Shown here piece by piece: positions 41,343 to 61,719 of a stretch of 64,000 bases of DNA. This DNA is from Macrostomum lignano (lineage: Eukaryota). The notes beneath the pieces are model-generated. The model was not told the origin of the DNA. It did not search any database and saw only the letters and a list, made by a program, of their open reading frames with translations. Both the position numbers and the translations under genes were made by a program. Position 1 is the stretch's first letter. Every line of letters begins with the position of its first letter. The stretch covers positions 77,087-141,086 of the forward strand of contig NIVC01002779.1 of the NCBI GenBank assembly GCA_002269645.1. Direction: 5' to 3'.

Positions 41343-41840
41343 GAGAAGAGTGGAGAGGGAGAAGGGTGGAGAGGGAGAAGGGTGGAGAGGGAGAAGGGTG
41401 GAGAGGAAGATGGGTGGAGAGGGAGAAGGGTGGAGAGGGAGATGGGTGGAGAGGGAGATGGGTGGAGAGGGAGAAGGGTGGAGAGGGAGATGGGTGGGAG
41501 GGAGAAGGGTGGAGAGGAAGAAGGTTGGAGAGGGAGAAGGGTGGAGAAGGAGAAGGGTGGAGAGGGAGAAGGGTGGAGAGGGAGAAGGGTGGAGAGGAAG
41601 AAGGGTGGAGAGGAAGATGGGTGGAGAGGGAGAAGGGTGGAGAGGGAGAAGGGTGGAGAGGGAGAAGGGTGGAGAGGGAGATGGGTGGGAGGGAGAAGGG
41701 TGGAGAGGAAGAAGGTTGGAGAGGGAGAAGGGTAGAGAAGGAGAAGGGTTGAGAGGGAGATGGGTTGAGAGGGAGAAGGGTGAAGAGGGAGATGGGTGGG
41801 AGGATGATGGGAAGGTGGGAAAAGGGTGGGAAGGAGGTGG
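41343..41840. repeat. GA-rich 16-bp repeat (GAGGGAGAAGGGTGGA)n
   Basis: Seen directly; polypurine strand with GGG runs. Confidence 0.95.
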
Positions 41841-42409
41841 ATGGTAGTACATGTAAACATACTCGTACTGTTTAGTGGAAGCAATCAATATATTGTTTAG
41901 AAATGCCAACAATTGAATCGAAATCCAATCCGGCTAATCCGCGGGGCTATTGAGGTAATCGGTGGGGATGTTCTGAACTTGTTTCTTGTGTTTCATTGAC
42001 AACAGTAAGTCAGTTTTGAGTTTCAATCAATCACTTGGCCAATGCAAAGAAATCTTGTTGTAATTGTGTCGCAGGCTGCGTGTCTGGCATCTGAGTTCAG
42101 TGCACACATTTGCCTGGCAACGAGTGCCTTAAGGTGCTCAAAGATTTTCTTTTAGCTCGTACCCAAAATGCAGTCTGCTTGGAAAGGCGCTCGCCTTAAC
42201 AACTAATTGGCAGGCTAGAAAGGCAGACGGTCCCTAATTGCTTCTTTTGTTCGTAAAAAATTACCGCGATTGGGAAGCTGTCAATTCTTCAAGTGGAGAT
42301 CAGACAGCGGCACTGGGGAGTGAAAGGGGTCGACGTGTGAGGCAGTGAGACAGTGAAATTGCTAGGTAGAGAATGCATGTAGGAGAGAACCGTTATGGAC
42401 TGAGTAGGG

Positions 42410-43170
42410 ACTCGGGAGAGACTGAGCAGAGACTCAGGACAGACTGAGTAGAGACTCAGGAGAGATTGAGTAGACTCAGGAGAGATTGATTAGACTCAGG
42501 AGAAACTGATTAGACTCAGGAGAGATTGAGTAGACTCAGGAGAGATTGAGTAGACTCAGGAGAGATTGAGTAGACTCAGGAGAGATTGAGTAGACTCAGG
42601 AGAGACTGAGCAGAGACCCAGGAGACACTGAGCAGAGACTCAGGAGAGATTGAGTAGACTCAGGAGAGACTGAACAGAGACCCAGGAGACACAGAGCAGA
42701 GACTCAGGAGAGACTGAGTAGAGACTCAGGAGAGATTGAGTAGACTCAGGAGAGACTGAGCAGAGACTCAGGAGAGATTGAGTAGACTCAGGAGAGACTG
42801 AGCAGAGACTCAGGAGAGATTGAGTAGACTCAGGAGAGATTGATTAGACTCAGGAGAGACTGAGCAGAGACTCAGGAGAGATTGAGTAGACTCAGGAGAG
42901 ATTGAGTAGACTCAGGAGAGATTGATTAGACTCAGGAGAGATTGAGTAGACTCAGGAGAGATTGAGTAGACTCAGGAGAGATTGAGTAGACTCAGGAGAG
43001 ATTGAGTAGACTCAGGAGAGACTGAGCAGAGACTCAGGAGACACTGAGCAGACTCAGGAGAGATTGATTAGACTCAGGAGAGACTGAGCAGAGACTCAGG
43101 AGAGATTGAGTAGACTCAGGAGAGATTGAGTAGACTCAGGAGAGACTGAGCAGAGACCCAGGAGAGACTG
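42410..43170. repeat. 20-22-bp minisatellite GACTCAGGAGAGATTGAGTA
   Basis: Seen directly. Confidence 0.95.
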
Positions 43171-44767
43171 AGACGAAATCCAAGAGAAACTTAGGAGAAG
43201 CTCAAAGAGACTCAGCAGATATGAATGAATGATAAAATTGAAGCTCGTTAAAGAGAAGCTTAACTAATCCCTGTGGATTGGCGCCAAAGCCAGTTGAGCT
43301 GCAAGTGACAAACTCCCGTTTAACGGGAAGCAGAATCCAGCTAATGCCGAGGGGATGCAGTGAAATGGTGTGGTAAAAATCGGATTAAAGGATTACTCTG
43401 AAGTATTTTTTGACGAGCCGGACTCGAGCTCAATAAAAATTCACTTTTATAATCTCGGAAGAAAAGGGAAATCGATTGAAGATATCAATTGGCAAGCAAT
43501 GTGTAATGAGGTGGCCCATGAACTGATGCTCACTCTCACCTTGCCATCTGCCGGTGGTTAACAATGTCATTTATTTGCATATTCAGAGCAGGCTTATCTG
43601 AAATTTCTTTGGCAGAAAGGAACTGCCCGCATGGTGCGCTGTTGTGATGCATTATGATTAAGCGGCAGTGGGACATGCATAATTCATGCCAAATAATGCA
43701 CACATTACAGCAAACTGGGGAGGTCTATGGGAGCTCCCCATCTCCATCGGCTCTCCTGGGGGAGGCAGAAGATGGCTATGAAGTCTAAAAGCCTTCATGA
43801 ATTAGTGCATGCGTACAGACACTCAACCAGACACTCAAGCGACGGGGAGACCCCAATAGAACTGAGTCAAAGTCACCGGGTTGCGATTGAAATTTTCAGC
43901 ATTTTCAAATACATCGGATGACCAGACAGTGGCTGGTTCCATGTAATCCGCCTTGCTGAACTTCAATTCCAGGGAGCAACATAGCTAGCTGCTGGTGACA
44001 CAAGCACCAGAAGACCTTCCTAGAGGCTCTCCTAGAGCCTGTCGTCCAGGGCCTAGCGTAATGATTTCATTGGAGCAAACTCTGAGATTTTGTTCGTAAA
44101 TTATACCATACTTATTATTACATGTACATGCAGTTTTTCAGATTCCTTTGAAAGACAAAGGCGACAAGGGCACATCTCGACAGTGCAGCTGTATTATTTT
44201 CTCAAGGCACTCAGATGCTTACAGTGTTGATCTGTCCCTTCAACTTGAGCGATACAAGAGTTGACAAAGAAGCTACAACATACCGTGTAGTCTTTTTGGC
44301 TGAGCAGAGAGGAAAGAATAAACATGAAATTAGACACTGCGCATCTCAGCTAGGAATAGCACAGAATTCAGTCAATTCCTTGGCCAACTGATATGCTGTT
44401 TATGTTTCCATCTCCGGTATCTGGCTTCTACGTGCATCAGGCATGGGTATCAAGGTCCCAACTGCTGAGAAAGTATTGCAGATAATGAGGCATGCTCAAT
44501 ACAGGTAGCATATCATACATACCCTGCGGCGACAAAACTTTTATTGACTTTCTGAAAACAGTCGATCCGCTGAGCTCAGACAGGCTGGAAACGTTTTTTT
44601 GACTCGTTTTTGAATGCTCGAACTGACTGACACCTGGGGATAAAAGGCCACAAAGGGCTGACTCAAAGGGGTGAGTCAAAGCAGGTGTTTTCAGGTATAG
44701 GGGGATAAGAAGGACTTTGCAGCCTCACCAATCTGCAACATCGAATGCACAGAGAGGAGGACAAAGG

Positions 44768-52640
<7,873 letters not shown>

Positions 52641-54297
52641 GTTCGACGAAATGACTGCTGTGGTATTCATGTCTGACTTGAGAAATTGTGACAAGAGCTG
52701 CGCGATCATGCAATGTACGAGGAACAATTACCCATAGTTCAATCAGTTTCGGCAAATGGGTGTCTTAACAGCGGGAAGGATTTCTCTATAGCTACAAACC
52801 GCAAAAAATCGCAGATATTGTACCCTCAGGGAGCTTGAAATCTTGGCGCGACTGGGATCATAATCAGCCCCTGAACTCAACCAGCAGTCTGTTGCTCAAG
52901 ATGTTGCTCAAGAACATCAGAAGGACTACATCAGCACGCTTTCTGATGCTAGCAAAAATGCAGAAGGTTTAACTTCCTGCTTGAACAGATCAGTCTCGCA
53001 GTGAAGGAGAAGCATATTAGTCGAATTTATTCATCAGAAGCGACTGTTTTCTCGGTTTTACTTCAGCTCTGCGACCCACAGAGTGTCGTTGAAAGAGAAT
53101 ATTCTCTGTTTTCCGTCGGTTAAAACCCTGCAAAACGTTACACGGCGGGTTCAGTGAGAAACTGGGCTTGACAACACCGCCTTTCTGAGTCTCCGTATAT
53201 CGAAGCTGAATGCCTTGAAGAAAGCAACCTCTGGTGATCATCGACTTATTACTATTGCAGAAGGTCCAAGATTCAACTTATTATCCAAGATTCTATAAAT
53301 AATATACGAGTACAATGAGACTATAAAATTGAATATTTAGTCAGAATTAGACAGGAAAACTGGAATTGTTCCACGGGAAAGATTACAGGGCCATTACGCT
53401 CGTACGTGTAGGTAGGCTAGGCCCCTATGTGAAGCTCACATATGTAGGTACGCCCCACAGAGGTTTCTCATCCAGGCTCTACGAGCTAGTTACAAGGACC
53501 ACTGTAGGTCCTTGGCTAGTTATAGAGAAATCTTTGCCAGGAGGTGAGTCAATGTGTATTTAACTTTAAAATAACTTCAAAATTGCTCATTTAAACATTT
53601 TTTGCTTTTTCCTCATAACAAATAAAGTTAATTTTCGGCCTGGTTGTCTCGCTCTAAGCTAGCTATTGACTCAATACACAAGCTGCTATAAAGCTTATTG
53701 GGTTATCGTAGTTTTAGCTAACTTTAATTGTAACTGTACTCTCACGAATAGATCCTGTCGCTTCGGAAACAAGCTTATACAATTGACTTACATGCAGGAT
53801 GCAGCTCAAATGCGAGCTTTTGTCGAAATGTTGACAATCTCCAATGCCAACCGGTTTGTCTGCGTCAGTTATTTTCTTTTTTGTCCGGTCCTACAGCTAG
53901 CAGAACCGTTCTTATATGTTTAGCCGTACCTACAGCTGAGACTCCGCTTGCAACTTTAGTCACTGCGAATTGCCCTCATTTGACTTTTTCCGAGGCACCT
54001 GCTATACACCAATTGGCTTTGAACCCGAATCTCTACTGATTAAACTTCAAACAACAACGCAGCTCTTTACTGGATCCATAAACAGTAAGCTCACATATGC
54101 CGCGCGCCTGTCAGTGCGAACTAAATTTCAGGCACCAGCAACTGCATCACACGGCACACGCAATATTCATTTTACAAATAAAAGATAATTAAATCGATTA
54201 AATTTTCAAATGTTTTTTTGAAGTTCAGTGTATTTCCGATAACTTCATTGCAGACTTCAAGCGACACTCAGTCAATTGCAGAGCGTACTTGCAGATC

Positions 54298-57200
54298 TTA
54301 CTGTGAACCAGAGTTTCCCTTAGTAGCCAGGTAAGGCCTCTGTTCCGTTGGACAGTTCACCCGGTCGTTCAAGACCCAGTCGGTTCGCTTCTTACCAACG
54401 GGTTCCAGCTGAAAGCGTGTAGATGAAGTTGAATGACGCTTGATGCTTCGACTGACATACTTAGTAGGAAGCTAATAGTTGATTTTGGAGACTCATTAAT
54501 GAATGAAATTCAAACAATTGATGAATATAAATATCTCGATGCGACGACTCGACTCATGGAGATAACTTGAATCTCACCATGGTATTCCAAAGAGCCAGTC
54601 CGCCAAGCGCATGTCCTTTGTCGCTCAGGTGGAAGCAGTCGGGCGCAAAGTAGGCCATGTCCGGCTCTCCCTGCCGTGGATTTTTAGGGTAGAAAGAAGT
54701 TTCATTCATGAACGAATGGTTTACAACAATACCTATTGGACTTATTGGAGCAAATACGCTCATATTGGATTTGTTATTCTTTGTATCTGACGATGATGCA
54801 TCTGCTTGTGCTTGATTGAGAAATTATTTTACGCTTTTACGAGTACTCCTGCTGTAACAAACCTTTCATGTATTAAGAAAAATATCGTTGCTTCACTCGA
54901 AGTAATCATCTCAAATCTTTAAAAAACATCAAACTTATGTTTGGTTAAATCCTTTAAATCTGTACCAAGGATGTCTGCCTTAGCCAATTGTTTGTACCAC
55001 ACATTCAAACTAAAAAACATGCCCTGACGCACATTCGGTAGAGTAGGTGGGGTAATTTCGCGAAGGAAGGGCTGCAGAACAACAGTGAAGTCGGACTTTC
55101 GAGTCCATTTGGGATCTTCAGCAATCCTCCTGGCACGCCGCTGAAGCTCCATCGAGTACTCATAGACCTCCTCTTTGGACAATGTGGAACCGCATTTGCA
55201 CCAGAAAGTCCTGCGCGTTTGTTTGCGAGTGTAATGTACATAGATTAGTTGCCATTATACATCAATTAAAGCTTAGTGCTTTAGTGCTAAGCTACAGATA
55301 TTAAAAAAACTGCATGAGTTGTGCATTACTGGAAATTTCATTCCCAATGCCCTGCCCAAATACAAACTGAAAACAGTGCAATTTACTCACTGAAGCAAAG
55401 CTTTGCAGACAAGACTCTGATCCTTCAGATCATTAACTGCTGCCACATCCATCATCTCAATGAGATTGACAAACGCTCGAGGCACATTGTCGTACAGGTA
55501 ATCCAAAGCAGTTCTAATGTGCTTCTCATAATTTTCTACAGAGAATCTGCTGGGATCCTTGCAGTGGTCGCAGACGTCGTTGCCTCCGATGAAGAGGTTA
55601 ATTAGCTTCCAATCGGTCTCGAATGCCACCTTTTTGTCCTTTTTCATCTTTTCCACCAGTTGTCTGGCTTGGCGAGGCATATCTCTGGAGTACAGAAATT
55701 AAAACAAAGTTAAACAGTTAAAACAATTGGACTGCTGATCCTAATAACAATACGAGTCGATTTAATTAAGTCGATTCCGATCCTTGCCAATGAAGTCATG
55801 CACATTCACAGTTTATCTAACACGATCTAAAAATTTCTATAAGGCCCATCAAAATCGACTCAGTCGGGATTTTAAACACAGAGTCGATAGCAACAGGCTT
55901 ACTCAGCTCTGTTGCCCACCACAGCCTCGTTGAAGCCGGCGAAGATGCCGTCCGGGCCACTAATTCCAGTCGAGAAACCGGTGAGTTTTGGGTTGAACTT
56001 CTTCAGCACGGCTGAAATGGTGCGGAACGATTTCTTAATTGGTAACAGCAAAGCATAGACATGTGTATTTTTTGCTTGTTAGATGCCAGAAATTACATGT
56101 AAACTTTACTTCGACTGATGTCCTCTTAATAGGGGATCACTAGAAATTATGAGTACTCATACTAGCATCAGGATCGATTTTTATCTCTAATTTTCGAGTT
56201 TGCGTTCATTTTCATAATTTTACATTATTTTCCGACTTAACTTGGCATAGTAGTGTGCTGAGACAAGTCTTCTTTGCCGCCCATGGTAAAACTGTGGCCC
56301 CGGTATTGCGTAAAGATGGTGAGCAGATTCTTGGAGTAAATGCCCATGCCAGCGGTGAGAGAGTCGCCGATGGCTCCAACAACATCGATATCAGCTGGCC
56401 GCAGTTTGTCAACGTAGTCGGCGGACTGTGGCTGCGAACGACATCGCAGTTAAAAGCGGATCCAGTCTGAATTTTTTACCTTTCATAGTTTTAGCTTTTC
56501 TTCGACATTAAAATCAACCTGAGCTAGATACATGAGTACGAGTATTTTATCCACTATTATTCATTCAAATTATACGTATCATTTAAAGTACATATAGTTG
56601 TCAGCATGCAACCGATTCTTTTTAAAAATTAATAAACAGTTAACTGGCAAATATTCAACTTTAGTAAAAAGCCAACTTTCAGTTACTTAGAGCTAAATGA
56701 ACACTCAATGTTTTACCGTTGGAACAGCGGCAGTTGCGTGCTTCTCACGGGCGGCGTTCCACTTGCGCTCGTGCTCAATTCTGTGCCGCTTCAGCTTGTC
56801 AGAGGCATACAGTGCGGTCACAGCGCTCTGCAGCACACGCAGATAAGTTTCACCTGTAGTAATGTTGGATTAGCATGTTGAAAATATATGGCTGCTTTTT
56901 ATGCCATGTTTTTCGGTTCTAAGACATTTTAGGTGAGAATAGTCATTCAAAAAACTACAATGAATTGTCTTCAGACAGTTATAGCAACTGCGTGACAGTG
57001 ACTGGATACAACTAAGACCGTAATTTTTTAAATTGAATGTGCAGGTAGAAGAACGTAATTTAATCGTTTAATTAAATTTGCTTTGATGCATAATGTCAAA
57101 AACGACCCGACAGAATGCTTGAAGGTCAAAAATCCAGCGCTAGCATCAAGACACCATGGTTTTAGTTCCGGATTTAGGTCCGGATTTTGTACATGGTCAC

Positions 57201-57597
57201 CTGGTGGCATCAACTGTTGGGAGCAACATAGAGCCATATAAGACGCGTTCACGTACCATCCATTATACGACAGAAATAGTATGAAAATCGGTGCCCAGAT
57301 TCACTTACCTGCAGGGATGACTTCGTTGTCAAACGGTACCGCTTGCTCAGAGTATCCACAATTTCCGCAAGATCTTCCTCGGACCGATCCCGTGATTTTG
57401 CGGATTCTGAAGATATGCAATTGAATTACGAAATATAGCATTATTCTAAATCTACAAACTACTATTTGATAAATAAGGTTCTTAAAAGTACATGCAGTCC
57501 TAGCTGTTTCCTTTAGCTTACCCTGAGCTTGAGTCAGTGTCGGCAGCCAACAAGCCAATAAAAGACAAGTAGTCGCAACTAAAATATTCAGCTGCAT
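54298..57597 (-). CDS. PLB1: Secreted phospholipase B1-like SGNH/GDSL lipase (single domain). Exons 57522..57597, 57309..57406, [57201..57213?], 56717..56853, 56242..56466, 55903..56011, 55391..55684, 55033..55210, 54578..54670, 54298..54408; apparent 1-nt deletion near 56413
   Basis: Signal-peptide-like MQLNILVATTCLLLACWLPTLTQA; KLRPADIDVVGAIGDSLTAG, WKLINLFIGGND, DFTVVLQPF, YFAPDCFHLS, ALWNTM; catalytic S/G/N/D/H present. Confidence 0.88.
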
Positions 57598-58145
57598 CAC
57601 GACGACTTAATGGTACCTGCTTTTTTGTGGAAAAAACCTTCAAACTTGAAATAAAAGCTGGACTACGCTTATAGGAACCGTCCTTTACTTTTTATACCCT
57701 CATAGCGATGACCTTTGTACTATCAGGAATTGCATATATGATAAGTTTTATCGGTTTACAAACTGCCGCAACAGTTGCACCACCAATAGCTACTACAGTG
57801 GCGCCACCACACTCAGAAAGAGCAACGCAAATGGGAAAACAAATTTGTGACATTTCCTCGTACTGATTATTAATGTGCATGTCTTGAGCCGTTTTTCTAA
57901 CTTTTTTTCCGAAAAGCAACTGGTTGTTTCACATTTATCCTGTCTCACTTAAAACTGCAGGAGCATTCTAGAGTATATAGCTATATGTAGATAGATTAGC
58001 TAAAACAAGTAATAGTTGAAAGGCTTGTATCATACTATTATCATAGATGTACAGTGTACATCCAGGCGTTTTCATAAAAACAAAGACATGTAGCATAAGA
58101 TATGCAAGACCATGCAAATAGACTTCAGATACCAATGCTTGCAAC

Positions 58146-59336
58146 TACGAGCCGGTTCTCATTAAGTTCTCGGAAAGATGTACTTCGCATTAATTGGGTT
58201 CAGTTGAAATTTGATTCCAAGTATTTTTGCATTCGCTGGAACGACGAGTTAAAGCCCCTCCTTAAATCAGCTTTTTGGAACGAGTCCAACTCAGCTCGCA
58301 GGGCATCCACAAGCTCCTCCCTTGAGTAAAATCGCCTTCCCTTCAAGTTCTTCTTCATTTTGTGCAAGAGGAACAGTTCGCAAGGCGAGTAAGCCGTGCT
58401 GAAACTGTGTTGTCTGCAAGAATTGCTGGGCCAACCCTCCGGTGCGCTGTTGTGGTTAAGGAAGATGCCCTTTTACTCGGTTTTGGCCGCTCTTGAGTAG
58501 ACGGTGCTGTATCATTAAATATTCATTGTAGCTCTGCGCTCGAGCAACACCAACCGCAAGATGCCACAGCGACGGAAAAAGATGACGGAAGTACTTCCCA
58601 ACGCTTCGCTCGCGGCGAACTTTCAGCGGTGCATCCTCGTCACTGGTGACCCACTGACGGCTGTCTAGTCTCCGGGTCGCAGAATTAGACCCAGGTTTCT
58701 TAACCTGTGCGAATATTGTTCAGTAATTTTGAGGCAAAGCCATCAAATTTGTCGAGCATGAGACGCGCGATCTCCATGCGGGCCTGCTTCTGAGCGACAC
58801 TGAGGGGCACCCAGAGCGCGGACGCAGCATCCCGACGAGGTGATCGTTTAGGCAGGATCTTAAACAATGGTTGAATCCGACACCCCGACAAGATTCTCTA
58901 ACCGTCGAATCGTCACTCACCGATCTTCGTATAGGTGTCACTACACGATAGCAACGACTTTATCTGTAACGACGAAACTTCGACGGACTTCGCGGGGTTC
59001 TCCATACAGACTGGCCGAGTCGCAGCGGAAGCGGCTGAACTAAGCCGTAGACTATCGCCATAGACGGCCGCTTTGTCACCGAAGGCTGAACAGAGCGTAT
59101 GATGGCAAGCAGCCGCCGTACTGTGCCCAGTCGAAACGGGACGAGGATAGCGTTGCGCCTGTCTCGATCAGCCAGGGTGGGCACAGTGCAGGGAAAACTA
59201 GAACCTTTTCTATAGTTGTCCCTGGGTGGGCAGTGGTGGCAGCAATTCAGCAGAACTTTGGCCACTTCGGCACATCATGATGGCCGATGAAGCGGAAATT
59301 TTGCATTGCCTTGCCCCATTTGCATTGCCCCTCGTA
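58146..59336 (-). mobile_element. Decayed mariner (Tc1/mariner) element with transposase pseudogene (~58200-59185)
   Basis: Frame-broken fragments RNAILVPFRLG, LCSAFGDKA, TVRE..LNDHLVGM, WVPL, IRTG*ETWV*FCDPET (first catalytic Asp now a stop), GIFLNHNSAP, YSP-CELFLLHKMKKNLKGRRF. Ends are TACGAG at 58146 and CTCGTA at 59331-36. Confidence 0.85.
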
Positions 59337-59487
59337 TCAATGGTCATAGCTTGTGCAGAGTGCATAGGGAGAATTTCGTGGTGCTGTACGTCTTTAAATC
59401 TCTTATTTCTGAAATTCATGAAGGTTTATTCAACTAATAAATCGATTCATTCATATATAAAAATAGGGAAAATTTGTCTTCTGTGTC

Positions 59488-60499
59488 TCATTTAGTAGTA
59501 TGTGTAGAGTACGGAGGGAAAAATAAAGTTTGCAGATATCTTTTGGAACTCTCATCGGACACACTACTAAAATGAGTTCGTCCCGAATCGGGAAATACCG
59601 GCTGAGTCCGGGTTCCTCTTGCTCCTTGTGCCCCTCACCAACCCCTTGGCTTGGGAGCTTTTAGAGCTGGATAGCGAAAAAGCGTTGAGGCTTGCAGCCC
59701 TATAGGAGGATTATGCAGTTGCCTACCTGATAGGAGACTCGCCCATCGCAATAAGCTTCCAGACTCGCTCCAATCTAAAGCATTCTTTCCGTAGACTTCG
59801 GGCTTTCCCGCTCTCGGACCGCTTTCCAAAATTTTTCCAAAATTTTTCGCGCACTCGGACTTGTCGCTAGGGCTTGCTTGGGTGGACTCGGTCCTAGCAC
59901 CGTCCCTGATTCCATTATGGGTTGGCGGTGTCTTAGTCCATAGGCTTGGGTTAGTAGCGTCCAATAAGGCTCCACCAGGCCTTGAGTCCTGGTCCCAATC
60001 TAGGCTGCTCGGGCTTGCTCGGGCTTATCTACCAGGGGCAGATAAGCCCTAAACATCTACCAGGGGCTTATCTGCCCCTGGTAGATAAGCCCCCTACAAG
60101 ATCCAGCGGCAGAGCCAGAGCCCTCCTCCGGGCTGATCCGCGGTAGCACTGCTTCCCACCCCCGTTTTAACAACAATAGATTGGGACTAATTTCAATTTC
60201 GAGTACCAGCCAACCGAAAGGAATACGAGCTAGCTAAGACGAGTTATCTAATACATACCCTCCACTGATGTATCTTAATGCATCCTAAGGTATTCTGGCT
60301 GGGAATCCCATTCTGTTCAAAACAGCTTTAATTGTCCGAGACCGAATACGCAGAATTCTGTTACCGTTTCCGTGGTTGTAATGTTAAGTCTCTACAGCCT
60401 CTGTCGTTTAGGGGGAGGGGCTTGCTCTAGCTGTAGGACCAGTTGGAGAGTGAACCCCGTCATTCTGTAAGAGCTAATACTGTAACACTACTCAAATGA
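59488..60499. other. Unclassified ~0.9-kb GC-richer segment flanked by 15-bp direct repeats, with a double hairpin at 60021-60092
   Basis: ACACTACTAAAATGA (59561-75) vs ACACTACTCAAATGA (60485-99); inverted copy at 59488-59506; hairpins GGGCTTATCT-N9-AGATAAGCCC twice. Confidence 0.5.
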
Positions 60500-60960
60500 A
60501 CTTATATTTTTTACATGTAGAAAACCAACCCTGTATAAGATCAATCAATAACTTGGCGACAAGCGGTGCCGATTAAGGGGATGATGAAGCAGTGGGGCAA
60601 AGAAATTTGATTCTGTACGTGTACTGAGAAGATCGAAGCAAGTCTCTCTCAAAGGTGCAAAACTTTTAATTTTCCACTTGGAGATAATGAGACTAGCTGT
60701 AACGGCTTAGCTTCATGGGGCAAGCAGCCTACTCGTAGACTCCTAGACGCAACTCTAGTGAACAAGAATGTTTTTCTGAAACACTTACTTGCGTACTACA
60801 TGTATAGGTATGAATGAACCAGAATCCTATATAATTGAAAACAGACTATACATGTATGCGGCACTGCATGTATAAATCGTTAGTTGTGGCTTCCTCTTAC
60901 TCCATGATCAGTGTGACCAATTTTTTAGCGACATTAACTACTGAATACTACGAGCGTAGC

Positions 60961-61030
60961 TGTTAACTGCATGCTATTGTAGTTATAGCTCGTATATGTT
61001 AACTGCATGCTATTGTAGTTATAGCTCGTA
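60961..61030. repeat. 36-bp tandem duplication
   Basis: TGTTAACTGCATGCTATTGTAGTTATAGCTCGTA(TA) x2. Confidence 0.9.
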
Positions 61031-61719
61031 GATAACAACGCATTCTAAGAAATTTGGTGAGAGGGGATTCTGGGGTCAAGACCCAAAAGGTGGCAGGTGG
61101 GCGGGCCTGTATTTTAACGAAAATTCGCTTGGTTCCCTTTGTAGTTTTTGGAGTCTCCGCCGAAAGAGGGCCCTCCTTAACTTGTTGTACCCCTTGCTCA
61201 GAGTTTTTTCGTACCTACATCTGTACTATGTAACATATACTGCTGTGTACTGGGCCCACATTAGCTATGCTTTCTGTTCATAAAAATAAACGCAGCATAC
61301 TACTAGAAGTAGATGTAACCACATGACGTCCAAAAAATAGTGTTTTCATTTTAGTCAACTCTAAGAGATATATAGCCGAGAGTTTTCCTCCCATGTAAGA
61401 ATAACGACCTTGAATGGTAAAAAAGTTAAGCTTGTTTTTTGCGCTATTTTATCCTTGATTAGCAGTTTTTATAAATTTTTCAGCGAAAAGCTAAACCCAT
61501 TTACACAAAAACTAAGCAATTACGTCAAATATTGAATGCACTATAGTGTAAGCTTTTTAGGATCTACTTTGCGCAACTTCAATGAATGCAAATCGTTCCA
61601 AGAAACATGCAATATTTAAGCTTACCCGCAATAATACTTTCGGTATCACACTCGAGTCTAATTACAAAACAGTTTCTATTTACTCACTAAATTTGACCGA
61701 CTAACGATCAAAGATCAAA

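Noticed and set aside
43727-43921. HELVH (HExxH) metalloprotease motif in a 64-aa ORF
   Set aside because: Isolated five-residue match with no supporting domain or linkable exons.
59226-59419. Additional transposase N-terminus (MMCRSGQSSAELL)
   Set aside because: The better mariner N-terminal match starts near 59185; this stretch is probably the element's 5' non-coding region.
59488-59576. Hammerhead ribozyme on the minus strand (CCGATGA...GCAAAC...GTA inside a long stem)
   Set aside because: The core deviates (CCGAUGA, no GAAA), stem II does not pair and stem I is offset by 4 nt from the cleavage triplet. At most a decayed relic; Infernal with hammerhead models would settle it.
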